Positions 1 through 9,309 of a stretch of DNA of 35,354 bases are shown piece by piece. Origin of the DNA: Sulfolobales archaeon. Lineage in GTDB: Archaea; Thermoproteota; Thermoprotei_A; Sulfolobales; NBVN01. The position numbers and the translations under genes were made by a program. The notes below the pieces were generated by a model. That model searched no databases and had not been told where the DNA came from. It was given only the letters and a program-made list of their open reading frames with translations. The stretch covers positions 1 to 35,354 of the forward strand of contig JAWBTQ010000014.1 of the NCBI GenBank assembly GCA_038841535.1, written 5' to 3'. Position 1 is the first letter of the stretch. Each line of letters starts with the position of its first letter.

Positions 1-293
1 GTGGAATTAATTAAGTAGGCTAACTGGTCTTTGAGCCTCTTACCAGCTTCTACGTGGCTCTCACTACTGCCAGAAATAAGAGCTACCTCAGGTTCGTATT
101 CAGATGTTTTAAGGTTGTTATAAAGGTGTAGAGCGTGGAAGAGCACATTTAGGTCGGAATCGTCTGGAAAAACAGTCCCGAATTTTAGTGCTGCATCAAC
201 TAGTTGTGCGTAACCCAGAACTGGGGTCTCTACTCCGGCCTTAGATATATCGTCATCATAATCAACTGCCAGAACTAAGACACTCCTATTCAT
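1..293 (-). CDS. DUF373 family archaeal membrane protein, N-terminal part (runs off window start)
   Basis: Not in the ORF track. Manual translation from ATG at 293: MNRSVLVLAVDYDDDISKAGVETPVLGYAQLVDAALKFGTVFPDDSDLNVLF..., matching the DUF373 pattern (VDxDDD...TPxxG...PxDSDxN). ATGA overlap with the upstream gene. Confidence 0.8.
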   Translation of the reverse strand, partial: MNRSVLVLAVDYDDDISKAGVETPVLGYAQLVDAALKFGTVFPDDSDLNVLFHALHLYNNLKTSEYEPEVALISGSSESHVEAGKRLKDQLAYLINS

Positions 294-1186
294 CTTTCCT
301 CTTCAACTATATCTTCGTAAGCACCATATAATATCTGAGCTTCTTGAAAGCTCAATCTCTCTTTTTTCTTCGCCTTCTCTTCAGCTTCCCTCCTCTTCTT
401 GTCTAGTATCTCGAGTGCTTTCTGCCGGGACTTACCAGCTCTAAGTTCTTTGAGTTCCTCCAGATCTCTCCTAAGTTCTTCGCTCAACGTCTTTAGCTCT
501 TGCTTAACCTCTAGGAGCCTTTTAATAGACGAGCTTAATTCGTCGGTCAGCTGCCCTAGGATTTTCTTATGCTTATCGATCTCCGACCTGAGGGCTTCCG
601 CTTTTGAGCTAAGTTTCGCTACCTCTTGAGTTAGTTGCTCGACCTTCTTCCCGAGATCTCCTATGCTAATCTTGATTCCCGTTATCTCGGCTTTCAACTC
701 GCTTACCTCACTAGACTTCTTGGCGTTCTCGTAAGCTTTCTCAAGCTCAGCTTCCAGTTTAGCTATCTCCTTTACCAATCTATTTTCTTCTTCAAGACTC
801 AGGGGCTCTGTGATTATTCTCCACTCCAGCTTCTCTATACGCGCTTTGAGAGTGCCTATGTTCGACCTGAGTCTGTCCCAGTTCCTCACGTCTACTTTGG
901 AGAGAATATCGTAGAGCCTCCCTCTCTTTCTTCTGAGTTCCTCGACTAGTTTCCGTCTCTCCTCAACGACCTTTCTACGCTCTTCCAGTATAGAGTTCAT
1001 GCTATTCTTAGTCGCCAGATACTCGTTTCTTAAATCTCCGATCCTACTTCTGCTAGCTGCTATCTTGCTCTTTAGTTCTCTAATGCTACTGACCAATCTG
1101 TCTCGCTCTAGCTTAAGTTCCGCTATCTTGCTCTTAGTTTCCTCAATCTTCCTAAGTAAAGCTTCCTCTGCTACGTCCTGAGACAA
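290..1186 (-). CDS. Archaeal long coiled-coil protein (COG1340-like)
   Basis: Continuous heptad K/E/L-rich sequence with the central LEWRIITEPLSLEEENRLVKEI segment typical of this family; coupled to the DUF373 gene. Confidence 0.7.
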   Translation of the reverse strand: MSQDVAEEALLRKIEETKSKIAELKLERDRLVSSIRELKSKIAASRSRIGDLRNEYLATKNSMNSILEERRKVVEERRKLVEELRRKRGRLYDILSKVDVRNWDRLRSNIGTLKARIEKLEWRIITEPLSLEEENRLVKEIAKLEAELEKAYENAKKSSEVSELKAEITGIKISIGDLGKKVEQLTQEVAKLSSKAEALRSEIDKHKKILGQLTDELSSSIKRLLEVKQELKTLSEELRRDLEELKELRAGKSRQKALEILDKKRREAEEKAKKKERLSFQEAQILYGAYEDIVEEER

Positions 1187-1190
1187 AAAA

Positions 1191-1898
1191 TCACACTCTC
1201 TTGATTAAGATTCTGGCATCAGCTACTTTAGCACCCTTACCCTCAGGAAACACCATTACTGGGTTGAGGTCGACGTCGGTAACTTCTGGAACCTCGTCCA
1301 TCAATTTTCCGACCTTAATTATCAAGTCAACGATTGCTTTCTTATCTCTCGGGGGCATCCCCCTGTAGCCTTGTAGTATGCTAGCAGCCTTGATCTCCCG
1401 TATCATCTCCTCAGCGTCGTATTCCGTAATTGGAGTTATCCTGAGAGAAACGTCTTTAAGCACCTCAACGAATATTCCTCCTAAGCCGAACATTACTACA
1501 GACCCAAATACAGAATCTCTAGTGGATCCTACAATAACCTCTAGGTCCTGAGGCACCATCTCTTGAATCAGTATTCCAACAACTCTTGCTGTTGGAGCTT
1601 TAGACCTGACGTTGAGTGTTATAGTATCAAACCACTTACGCACTTCTGATTCCGAGGATATGTTTACTTTTACACCTCCCACATCAGACTTATGGACTAT
1701 GTCCGGGCTAACTATCTTTAGAACTACTGGATACCCTATCTTCTCAGCTAATTCAACAGCTTCATCCGCACTAACTGCTAGACCGAACTTTGGTACAGGT
1801 ATGTCGTAGGTTTTTAGAAACTCGTAGGCTTCGTGCTCAAGTAGCTTGTTCCTCCCGTCATCTAGAGCCTTGTATATCAGTTCTTTAGGTGTTACCAT
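1191..1898 (-). CDS. acdB: Acyl-CoA synthetase (ADP-forming) beta subunit, ATP-grasp
   Basis: LLEHEA, GYPVVLKIVSPDIVHKSDVGGV, FGLGGIFVEVLKDVS and DLNPV...ADAR motifs. Confidence 0.92.
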   Translation of the reverse strand: MVTPKELIYKALDDGRNKLLEHEAYEFLKTYDIPVPKFGLAVSADEAVELAEKIGYPVVLKIVSPDIVHKSDVGGVKVNISSESEVRKWFDTITLNVRSKAPTARVVGILIQEMVPQDLEVIVGSTRDSVFGSVVMFGLGGIFVEVLKDVSLRITPITEYDAEEMIREIKAASILQGYRGMPPRDKKAIVDLIIKVGKLMDEVPEVTDVDLNPVMVFPEGKGAKVADARILIKRV

Positions 1899-1959
1899 GC
1901 TACCACCAGGATACTGCTAAAGCTTATCCTTAATAACTTTACTGCTATCTGGATAGGCA

Positions 1960-2955
1960 TCACCATGTCTGTTGAGCCTCTCGCCCTTGCTTACTAATCA
2001 CATATTCGTAAGCTGAGTAGGCAGCTACAGCTCCTTCAGCTACAGCAGTCACGATCTGGTCGAACTTCTTCTTGTGGGGTCCTCCCGTACAATCCCCAGC
2101 AGCGAAAATACCCTCAATATTAGTCTTCTGCCCTGGCCACACTACAATGTAGCCGTATTCGTCTAGCTCTAGCCCGATGCTCCTCAGAAAATCCCTAGGT
2201 GGCTCTGAACCTATTTCAACTATCACCCCCGATACGCTGACATCTCTTACTTCTCCGCTTACTACGTTTCTAATTCTAATCCACTCAACTCTATCGGTTC
2301 CACCTATTTCTGTGACAACCGAGTTCAATAATAGCTCTATCTTCGGGTTCTTCTTGACTAGCTCTACGTACGCAGGAAACGCCCTAAAGCTGTCACGTCT
2401 ATGAACTAAGTAAACCTTTGAGGCGTACGAAGCAGTAAGCAGCGCCCCCTGGAGTGCCGCGTTACCTCCCCCAACAACTGCCACTTCCTTATCCTTAAAC
2501 ATGGGTGCGTCACAGGGAGCGCAGTACGTTACTCCCCTCCCCTTCAACCTGTCTTCTCCCGGAACACCGAGGTTCCTCCGCAAACTTCCGACTGAGATAA
2601 TAACTGAGGTAGACCTATATGAACCTGAATTCTGTAGAACTACTTCGAAGTCTTTTCCTGTTCTTCGAATTGCCACTACTCTATCTATAACCACCGGAAC
2701 TCTGTACTTCATTACATGCGACTCGAACTTCTTAGCAAGCTCCGGACCCGGTATGTCAGGAATTCCGATGTAGTCATCGATAATCCCGGCCTCATTTAGA
2801 GTTCCACCGATGGATTCAGCAACTAGTAATACCTTGAGGAAGAACCTAGCGGCATAGAGAACGGCTGAAAGACCTGCTGGACCTCCACCCACTACTATCA
2901 CATCAAAGAGTTCTCCAGGCGCAGCTTTAGCCGGAAGCCTCAGTCTAAGCCCCAC
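1960..2955 (-). CDS. trxB: Thioredoxin-disulfide reductase
   Basis: GGGPAG FAD motif, redox CAPCD, GGGNAA NADPH motif, HRRDSFRA, FAAGD. Confidence 0.9.
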   Translation of the reverse strand: MGLRLRLPAKAAPGELFDVIVVGGGPAGLSAVLYAARFFLKVLLVAESIGGTLNEAGIIDDYIGIPDIPGPELAKKFESHVMKYRVPVVIDRVVAIRRTGKDFEVVLQNSGSYRSTSVIISVGSLRRNLGVPGEDRLKGRGVTYCAPCDAPMFKDKEVAVVGGGNAALQGALLTASYASKVYLVHRRDSFRAFPAYVELVKKNPKIELLLNSVVTEIGGTDRVEWIRIRNVVSGEVRDVSVSGVIVEIGSEPPRDFLRSIGLELDEYGYIVVWPGQKTNIEGIFAAGDCTGGPHKKKFDQIVTAVAEGAVAAYSAYEYVISKQGREAQQTW

Positions 2956-3086
2956 TGGATACTACCCTGATCTAGTAGCTTAGCCACTAAAAGAATTGAT
3001 TTAGGTAATGCCGCCTGGTCAAGCAGTGCTTATATATTTACAGGAGATAGAACACACTGGCGTGCATCCATTAAGGTGGTAAAGGT

Positions 3087-4085
3087 TTGATGCAGAATTC
3101 CCAGGAAAAGCCTAGAGCAACGACGGTGTACGCTGGATTAACTTGGGACGATGTGGTCGGCGCTGCCGCTCTTGCTGCGGCGCTCGGTAGGAAGGGCTAT
3201 AGAGTGTATGTAGACCTCCCGACGAGAGTAGAGCTTAGTAGCTTGAGAATACTTAGGTCATACGCTGTTGGAATACAGCCAAAAGGTGGTGTCAGCATAG
3301 TTAGTTCAATAGCTATGATCTACAGTAGGACTAAGAGGATGGGATACGTATTCAAGTACGATGACGGTGGTCGCGGTGAAATTCTAATGAAGCTAAGTAC
3401 TGTTAACTCAGCAACAGAGGTTGTTAAGGAATATCTATCGACGATTAATGCCGATATAGAAATACCTCAGCAACTTATTGACGACGTAATAGCTATGAAT
3501 AACGGAGGTTTAAACAGACTTAGCAAAGTGGGTAGAGTAGTCTACGGAGTTTATAAGTTAAAGAGTAACGACAAGAACGTTAGGCTAATTCTTTATAACT
3601 ATGCCTACAGCTCTATATTAACAAAAAACCTGAAGTTACCTCAAGAGCTATTGCACCTATATGGCGAGTACGAGAAGTCCCTAAAGCTAGTTGATGAGCT
3701 AATTAAGGGAGATAGGTTCATAACTATCGGTCCATACAGAGTAGCTCTAATCTCATCTAGGCATACCGATGATTTCGTAGCTAGAAACATTGAATACCTT
3801 AGACCGTTCGCTACGGAGATCCTTGCCTACTTGTGTCGCTACAGTAGCCCAGCGTTCCTGATCTACGAAGAGTATCCGAATATACACGAGGTCAGAGCGT
3901 GTGTTAAGTATAATGTAAGTATAGTTAAAGTAGTTGATTCTGTTCCTAAGGAGATACTAGACAAAGTTAACATCTCTACTTCACCAACGTCTGTAACTTT
4001 AGAGTTTACCAATCCTCAAGATGCTAGTCTCGATAAGGCTTTGGAGGTAGTAACCCAAATAGTAGCTAGACTACCTAAGCCGTGA
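3087..4085 (+). CDS. Hypothetical protein, possibly a degenerate DHH-fold protein
   Basis: 332-aa ORF with TATA-like TATATATTTA (3031-3040) and GGTGG RBS. N-terminal TWDDVVGAAAL resembles DHH motif I, but no DHH triad is present. Confidence 0.6.
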   Translation: MMQNSQEKPRATTVYAGLTWDDVVGAAALAAALGRKGYRVYVDLPTRVELSSLRILRSYAVGIQPKGGVSIVSSIAMIYSRTKRMGYVFKYDDGGRGEILMKLSTVNSATEVVKEYLSTINADIEIPQQLIDDVIAMNNGGLNRLSKVGRVVYGVYKLKSNDKNVRLILYNYAYSSILTKNLKLPQELLHLYGEYEKSLKLVDELIKGDRFITIGPYRVALISSRHTDDFVARNIEYLRPFATEILAYLCRYSSPAFLIYEEYPNIHEVRACVKYNVSIVKVVDSVPKEILDKVNISTSPTSVTLEFTNPQDASLDKALEVVTQIVARLPKP

Positions 4086-4094
4086 TGATATACC

Positions 4095-5657
4095 ATGGGG
4101 AAGGCTTTCGTCGTAGTAGCTAGAAAGGTATATACGAGCTTTAAACCCCTAAACTACGTTCAGGCATTTGCTGTATATGGTGGCAGGGTTATCTACGCTG
4201 GAAGTAAGGATAAAGCAGTTAAGATCGTGAGTGATTTAGGCGGAGATGTTCTTGATTTCTCTGACTATACGGTAATCCCTGGCTTAGTGGATGCTCATAC
4301 GCACCTAGACTCCCTAGGGCTGGCTCTAAACTCTGTAGACTTGAGGAGTGTCGAGTCGATTGAAGAGCTAAAGACGTTAATTAAGAGGGCATCAGAAGGA
4401 GAGCACGAGTGGGTATTCGGTCGAGGCTGGGACCAGGAGAGGTTTAGAGAGGGTAGGTTTCCGACACGCTGGGACATAGATGAAGTTGTAGGAGATAGAC
4501 CCGCGGTCCTAGTTAGGGTATGCGGGCATATGGCTCTCCTTAATACTGCCGCATCGAGAGAGCTGGCGATTGAGGAGTTAGCTGCAGAGAGAGTTATCAG
4601 AAACGAGACTGGGGAGTTCACAGGTCTCGTAGTCGAGGAGGGTGTTGAAGTAGCTATGAAGCAGTTCTGGAGTAGAGTCGACGATAGAACACTAAGAAAG
4701 TACCTAATAGACTCAGTTGAGCATTCTGTTCAGTATGGCATAACAGCACTCGGATTTATGGGTGCTTCCACTAGGGTTACTAGTGCTTTAGCCGAGCTCT
4801 CGCTAATAGGCGTACTCCCAGCTAAAGTAGATGTCTACTTAAGTCACGAAGGTTTTAGGAAGGTCTCTGAGTTAGGCTTTAGAGCCCCCCTTACCTTCGG
4901 AAGAGTCAGAGTCGTGGGGGTTAAGCTCTTTGCTGACGGATCTTTAGGAGCTAGAACAGCATATCTATCAGAGCCGTACGAGGACGCATCAAAAGTTCGA
5001 GGTACTAAGTTATTGAGCAGCGAGGAGATAGCCAGGATAGCTTCGCAAGCGAGTGATCTAGGTTTTCAAGTAGCTATTCATGCTATAGGAGATGCCGCTC
5101 TAGATGAAGTTTTGGAGGGGATGAAAGACGTTAGATGCAGAAAGAGAGTAGAACATCTCTCCATCGTTAGGGATGATCAGCTGGCTAAGCTAGGAGAGCT
5201 TGGTGTTGTTGGCGTGATTCAGCCTCACTTCGTCTTAAGCGACTGGTGGGTGGTTAGGAGAGTTGGTCCGAGGAGAGCTAAGTGGGTATATAGGTTCAAG
5301 GACCTCAGTAAGTTTATTCAGATAGCTCTATCGACAGATAGCCCTGTGGAGCCGATAGACCCGTGGGAGAACGTATATGCCGCGGTCACTCGAGGAGAAA
5401 GTGAGGGAGTAGAGCTAGCTAAGCACACTAGTGACCAGAAGCTGACGGTATCTGAGGTACTACATTACTATACACACGGCTCTGCTGCTGCCTTGGGAAG
5501 AGAGGACAGCATGGGAAAGCTAGAGCCTGGCTATAGTGCCGATTTCGCTGTACTAGCTCAAGACCCGCTGGAAATCGAATTAGACGAGATCAAAAAAGTG
5601 AAGGTCCTCGAGGTTTATGTCGATGGCGAGAGAGTATACTCTAGAGAGATACGCTAG
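4095..5657 (+). CDS. Amidohydrolase-3 (YtcJ-like) metal-dependent hydrolase
   Basis: PGLVDAHTH, GRGWDQ, KLFADGSLGARTA, HAIGDAA, RVEH, STDSPV, GKLEPGYSADF. Confidence 0.9.
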   Translation: MGKAFVVVARKVYTSFKPLNYVQAFAVYGGRVIYAGSKDKAVKIVSDLGGDVLDFSDYTVIPGLVDAHTHLDSLGLALNSVDLRSVESIEELKTLIKRASEGEHEWVFGRGWDQERFREGRFPTRWDIDEVVGDRPAVLVRVCGHMALLNTAASRELAIEELAAERVIRNETGEFTGLVVEEGVEVAMKQFWSRVDDRTLRKYLIDSVEHSVQYGITALGFMGASTRVTSALAELSLIGVLPAKVDVYLSHEGFRKVSELGFRAPLTFGRVRVVGVKLFADGSLGARTAYLSEPYEDASKVRGTKLLSSEEIARIASQASDLGFQVAIHAIGDAALDEVLEGMKDVRCRKRVEHLSIVRDDQLAKLGELGVVGVIQPHFVLSDWWVVRRVGPRRAKWVYRFKDLSKFIQIALSTDSPVEPIDPWENVYAAVTRGESEGVELAKHTSDQKLTVSEVLHYYTHGSAAALGREDSMGKLEPGYSADFAVLAQDPLEIELDEIKKVKVLEVYVDGERVYSREIR

Positions 5658-6363
5658 GCAACTCCCGCTAATAGGTATCGAAGGCCAGAGAAAGTTACTA
5701 AGTTCAACGGCTCTTGTCGTGGGTGCCGGAGGCCTAGGTAGTCCAGTCCTTCTCTACTTAACGGCAGCCGGTGTTGGAAGGATACTGATAGTAGATAGAG
5801 GGTATGTAGACTTACCGGACCTTAACAGGCAGGTACTGTATAGTGAAGATGACGTTGGGAAAGCTAAAGCTGAGGCAGCAGCAGAAAAGCTTAGGAGGCT
5901 TAATAGCTCTATATCGGTAGCAGGTTACAGAATAGATGTCACAGACAAGCTTTTCGAAGAGCTAGTGACTTCAGCTAATGTAGTTATTGACTGCCTCGAT
6001 AACTGGGCTGCTAGATTCGTTCTAAACGAGCTAGCTGTTAAGCATCTTAAGCCCCTAGTTCACGCGGGTGTTCAAGAGTTCTATGGTCAGGCTACGACCG
6101 TAGTCCCCGGTCAAACGCCGTGCCTTAGGTGCATCATCCCTAAGGGAATCAATAAAGGAGAGCCTATACCGGTCATAGGCTACACACCCGCTGTGCTTGG
6201 GTCTATCGAAGCTTCAGAAGCGATCAAGCTCCTACTCGGGGATAGACCGGCTCTTGCCGGCATGCTCTTGGTAGTTGACTTAAGGAACGCAGAATTCAGT
6301 AAGATAAGGGTAGTAAGGAGAAGCAATTGCCCAACATGTGGAGTACCTACTTCAGCAAGCTAG
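5617..6363 (+). CDS. ThiF/MoeB/HesA-family E1-like adenylyltransferase
   Basis: RYARQ, GAGGLGS, DLNRQ, DCLDNW, and two Zn-binding pairs CLRC and CPTC. True start may be the ATG at 5623. Confidence 0.9.
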   Translation: MSMAREYTLERYARQLPLIGIEGQRKLLSSTALVVGAGGLGSPVLLYLTAAGVGRILIVDRGYVDLPDLNRQVLYSEDDVGKAKAEAAAEKLRRLNSSISVAGYRIDVTDKLFEELVTSANVVIDCLDNWAARFVLNELAVKHLKPLVHAGVQEFYGQATTVVPGQTPCLRCIIPKGINKGEPIPVIGYTPAVLGSIEASEAIKLLLGDRPALAGMLLVVDLRNAEFSKIRVVRRSNCPTCGVPTSAS

Positions 6364-6407
6364 TCTGCCTGCGGTTATTGCGGTGCTTATCGCCTGCTCT
6401 AGGAGAT

Positions 6408-7442
6408 CTATATCCATTTACCCGGAATGTACTTACCCCTAATTGGTATTGAATGCCCACACTTTGGACACTTATAATTGTCACCATCTCGATCTAAGTT
6501 AAAGTGGCTCACCCTATATCCGGCTCTCTTAATAAGGACTTTACCACACCTCGGGCACTTAGTTGCTTCATAGTCAGAGACTCCCACGTTCCCCACATAG
6601 ACGTACTCAATACCTGCCTTGGCTGCTGCACTTCTGATCTTCAGTAACTTCTCTATAGGGGTAGGGGGCTCAAGCCATCTATGAGCCGGGTAATACCTGT
6701 TAACATGTAGGGGGATGGAGGCTCCTAAGTATCTTATGTGGTTATCTATTATCCACTCGTAGCATTCATCAAAATCGTTAGTATTCGTTACAACGAGGTA
6801 AACCATCTCAACGTGAGCACCAAGGTCTACTGCTAGCTTAGCGTTTCGATATATCTTAGAGTGGTCGACTCCGGCGAGGCCTTTCTTCATGGATGGACAT
6901 CCCTTAATATCCGCTGAGAACCCATCAACTCCAGCGTCTATTAGAGACCTGACTACCGTTTCTGTAAAGTACATATTAGTTACAACCATAGAATACAGTC
7001 CGCGTTTTATAGCTATCTCCGATACGTCGATCACGTAGTCTAGGTTTACTGTGGGTTCATTAAAGCTTGCCGATAAGCCTTCATCACCCCTATGAAGAGC
7101 TGTATCAACAAGCCTCTCAGGACCGACGAATGGGTCACTAGCTCTCGGGTGGGCGAAGCTTAGGTGGTAGTTCTGACACCATGGACAGTAAAAGTTGCAG
7201 CCCCATGTAGAGTACGTTAGTGAAGTACTGTTAGGCCAGTAATGGAAAAGTGGTTTTATCTCTATTGGTCTACTCTCAAGAGCGCTTAATCTACCGTAGC
7301 CTAAGTGAACGAGCTTACCGCCTTCGTTAAAGTAGTTGCCGCAACCTCCCCTCCGCCCTGGGATGATCAAGCATAACTTCTCACAGGTAAGACACCTTAC
7401 TAATCCGCTACCAACAGACTCGTAGAACCTAGCTTCCTTCAC
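6408..7442 (-). CDS. amrS: AmmeMemoRadiSam-type radical SAM enzyme (PflA-like)
   Basis: N-terminal CxxCxxxC...GxC, PIEIKPLFHYWP, CNFYCPWCQN, FNEPT, YVYVGNV and C-terminal CPRCG/CPKCG. Confidence 0.8.
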   Translation of the reverse strand: MKEARFYESVGSGLVRCLTCEKLCLIIPGRRGGCGNYFNEGGKLVHLGYGRLSALESRPIEIKPLFHYWPNSTSLTYSTWGCNFYCPWCQNYHLSFAHPRASDPFVGPERLVDTALHRGDEGLSASFNEPTVNLDYVIDVSEIAIKRGLYSMVVTNMYFTETVVRSLIDAGVDGFSADIKGCPSMKKGLAGVDHSKIYRNAKLAVDLGAHVEMVYLVVTNTNDFDECYEWIIDNHIRYLGASIPLHVNRYYPAHRWLEPPTPIEKLLKIRSAAAKAGIEYVYVGNVGVSDYEATKCPRCGKVLIKRAGYRVSHFNLDRDGDNYKCPKCGHSIPIRGKYIPGKWI

Positions 7443-7522
7443 ACTAGTAACTAAGTCTAGAAAACCTTAAATAGATCATAGATCTATAGCTGGTGTACTA
7501 GAGTACCCTCTTACCACTTTCT

Positions 7523-7732
7523 CTACTTTGTTATATCCCTGACATTCTGGCACTTAAGCTTCTTTAGAAACTCTTCAAGCCGATCTATCGGAACTTTAAT
7601 CGTGTAGAGGTACCTCTTCGTTCTCGCCTTAACCTTAGCTAAGTTCTCCTTCGGCCTCCTAACAACTCTGCACTCACTAGCTCTTTCAGATATCTTAATG
7701 AACTCTTCGGGGTCCTTTATCTCGATAGGCAT
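7523..7732 (-). CDS. rpl38e: 50S ribosomal protein L38e (eL38)
   Basis: MPIEIKDPEEFI...KVKARTKRYLYTIKV signature; GGGTG-like RBS and a TTAAAT TATA-like box upstream. Confidence 0.85.
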   Translation of the reverse strand: MPIEIKDPEEFIKISERASECRVVRRPKENLAKVKARTKRYLYTIKVPIDRLEEFLKKLKCQNVRDITK

Positions 7733-7959
7733 TACTCACACCCTATAGGCAACTCTTCGTTAATTACTCTATTTAAGGCTTAAAAGCTTTGATTACTCGA
7801 CAATCTTCATAGTAAACTCGTGGGCTATCTGCGGACGCTCAAACAGTCATCAGTAGCCTTACATCAATGTTAAGTAGCCTCATCTGATCTTTCTACTCAA
7901 TATGTAGGAGTTTAAGGAAGTGTCGAACATCCACGTTATTGGGCAGCTATTTAACCTTA

Positions 7960-7995
7960 TTTGAGCTAAATGAAGAGGCTTTCATTTAGCTCAAA
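7960..7995. promoter_or_regulatory. Perfect 15-bp inverted repeat with 6-nt spacer; candidate operator or hairpin
   Basis: TTTGAGCTAAATGAA-gaggct-TTCATTTAGCTCAAA, lying between TATTTAA (about 7948) and AAATATATT (about 7995-8003), upstream of the M20 gene. Confidence 0.6.
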
Positions 7996-8001
7996 AATAT
8001 A

Positions 8002-9282
8002 TTGTGTCAGCACCAGATCTCTATGTCTATAGTGGTGAGAAGGTTGTTCTATGGGGATAAGTACGTAAGTCAGGCAGTAGTTCTCCTGAAAGACATGGTT
8101 TCTATTCCAACAGTTAATCCACCAGGGGATCACTACCTTGAGTTCGCTAATTTCGCTAAAACGGTACTTGAAAAGATAGGTTTTGACGTATCTCTCATAG
8201 AGGTTCCGGAGGACTTCCTAGATAGGTACTACCCGTATGCTCCAGCACATCGAGGTCACCCCAGGTTTATAGTTTATGCAAGGTATGGTTCAGGTAAACC
8301 AGTGCTGCACTTTAATGGGCACTATGACGTAGTTCCTCCAGGAAGCGGGTGGACCCGCGATCCGTTCACGCCGGTTGAGGAGAGTGGAAGGATATATGGG
8401 CGTGGGACAACGGATATGAAGGGTGGTATTGCTGCTTTTATTGCTGCTGCTAAGTCCATAATAGATAGCAAGGAGAGCCTTAGAGGCACGATAGAGGTAG
8501 CACTAGTTCCCGACGAAGAAGCGGGTGGTGCTGGGAGTAGGTACTTCGCTGTAAAGAGATTCTCTGAGCCTGACTACGTGATATTGGGTGAGCCGACCAC
8601 AAACGGGATCATAGGCATAGGGCACAAGGGTATGGTAAGAGCCATGGTTACAGTCTACGGTAAACAAGTTCACGGAAGCGTTCCCTGGCTCGGAGATAAT
8701 GCCTTTGTGAAGGCAGCTAAAGTGGTTACTAGGTTTTTAGAGATATATAACCCACTACTAAAGACAAGAAGAACGTCGGCTCCAGTAATATACGATGAGG
8801 GTGCTCACCCGACGATAAATATCGGGGGCTACGCCGAGTCTACATCGAGAAAGGATAACATAGTCCCCGGGGAGTTCAGGTTCAGTATAGATAGAAGAGT
8901 CATACCAGAGGAGAATGTGGACTATGTTGCTGAGGAGCTAGAGAAGCTGTTTACTAGAGTCTCAGAGGAGCTTGAGGTCAGATTAAAGCTCGATGTCTTA
9001 AGTAAGGTAGAGCCTTCTCTAACGCCAACTGATTCACCTTTAGTTAAGGCTTTTGAGGCATGCGTCTCTAGGGAGACCTCGGAAACACCCAAGCTCTATC
9101 TCGAGCTCGGTAGGAATGACGCCGTCTATTACACGAATATCCTAGGCTCTCACGCAGTAAGCTACGGACCTGGGGCAATGAACGCCTCGCACACACCAGA
9201 TGAGTATACTACAGTAGAGGAATTAGCTAAATCTATTGCTGTCTATAAATGCGTCATCGAATCACTGATGATAGCTAACTAA
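8002..9282 (+). CDS. M20 family metallopeptidase/deacylase (ArgE/DapE-like)
   Basis: IPTVNPPG, FNGHYDVVP, YGRGTTDMKGG, DEE, GEPT, HGS, NIVPG, SHTPDE. Likely true start is TTG at 8044 after GGTGA. Confidence 0.9.
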   Translation: MCQHQISMSIVVRRLFYGDKYVSQAVVLLKDMVSIPTVNPPGDHYLEFANFAKTVLEKIGFDVSLIEVPEDFLDRYYPYAPAHRGHPRFIVYARYGSGKPVLHFNGHYDVVPPGSGWTRDPFTPVEESGRIYGRGTTDMKGGIAAFIAAAKSIIDSKESLRGTIEVALVPDEEAGGAGSRYFAVKRFSEPDYVILGEPTTNGIIGIGHKGMVRAMVTVYGKQVHGSVPWLGDNAFVKAAKVVTRFLEIYNPLLKTRRTSAPVIYDEGAHPTINIGGYAESTSRKDNIVPGEFRFSIDRRVIPEENVDYVAEELEKLFTRVSEELEVRLKLDVLSKVEPSLTPTDSPLVKAFEACVSRETSETPKLYLELGRNDAVYYTNILGSHAVSYGPGAMNASHTPDEYTTVEELAKSIAVYKCVIESLMIAN

Positions 9283-9309
9283 GCCACTTACAGCTCGAGG
9301 TGTAGTTGA

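Noticed and set aside
1242-1260. CTCAGGAAACACCATTACT in acdB as a target of the copy-B guide
   Set aside because: It needs gaps and mismatches, and the matching part overlaps the scaffold end rather than the guide; expected by chance.
6408-7442. Orphan amrS as a novel system
   Set aside because: The AMMECR1 and Memo partners are often unlinked in archaea; nothing local supports a new pathway.
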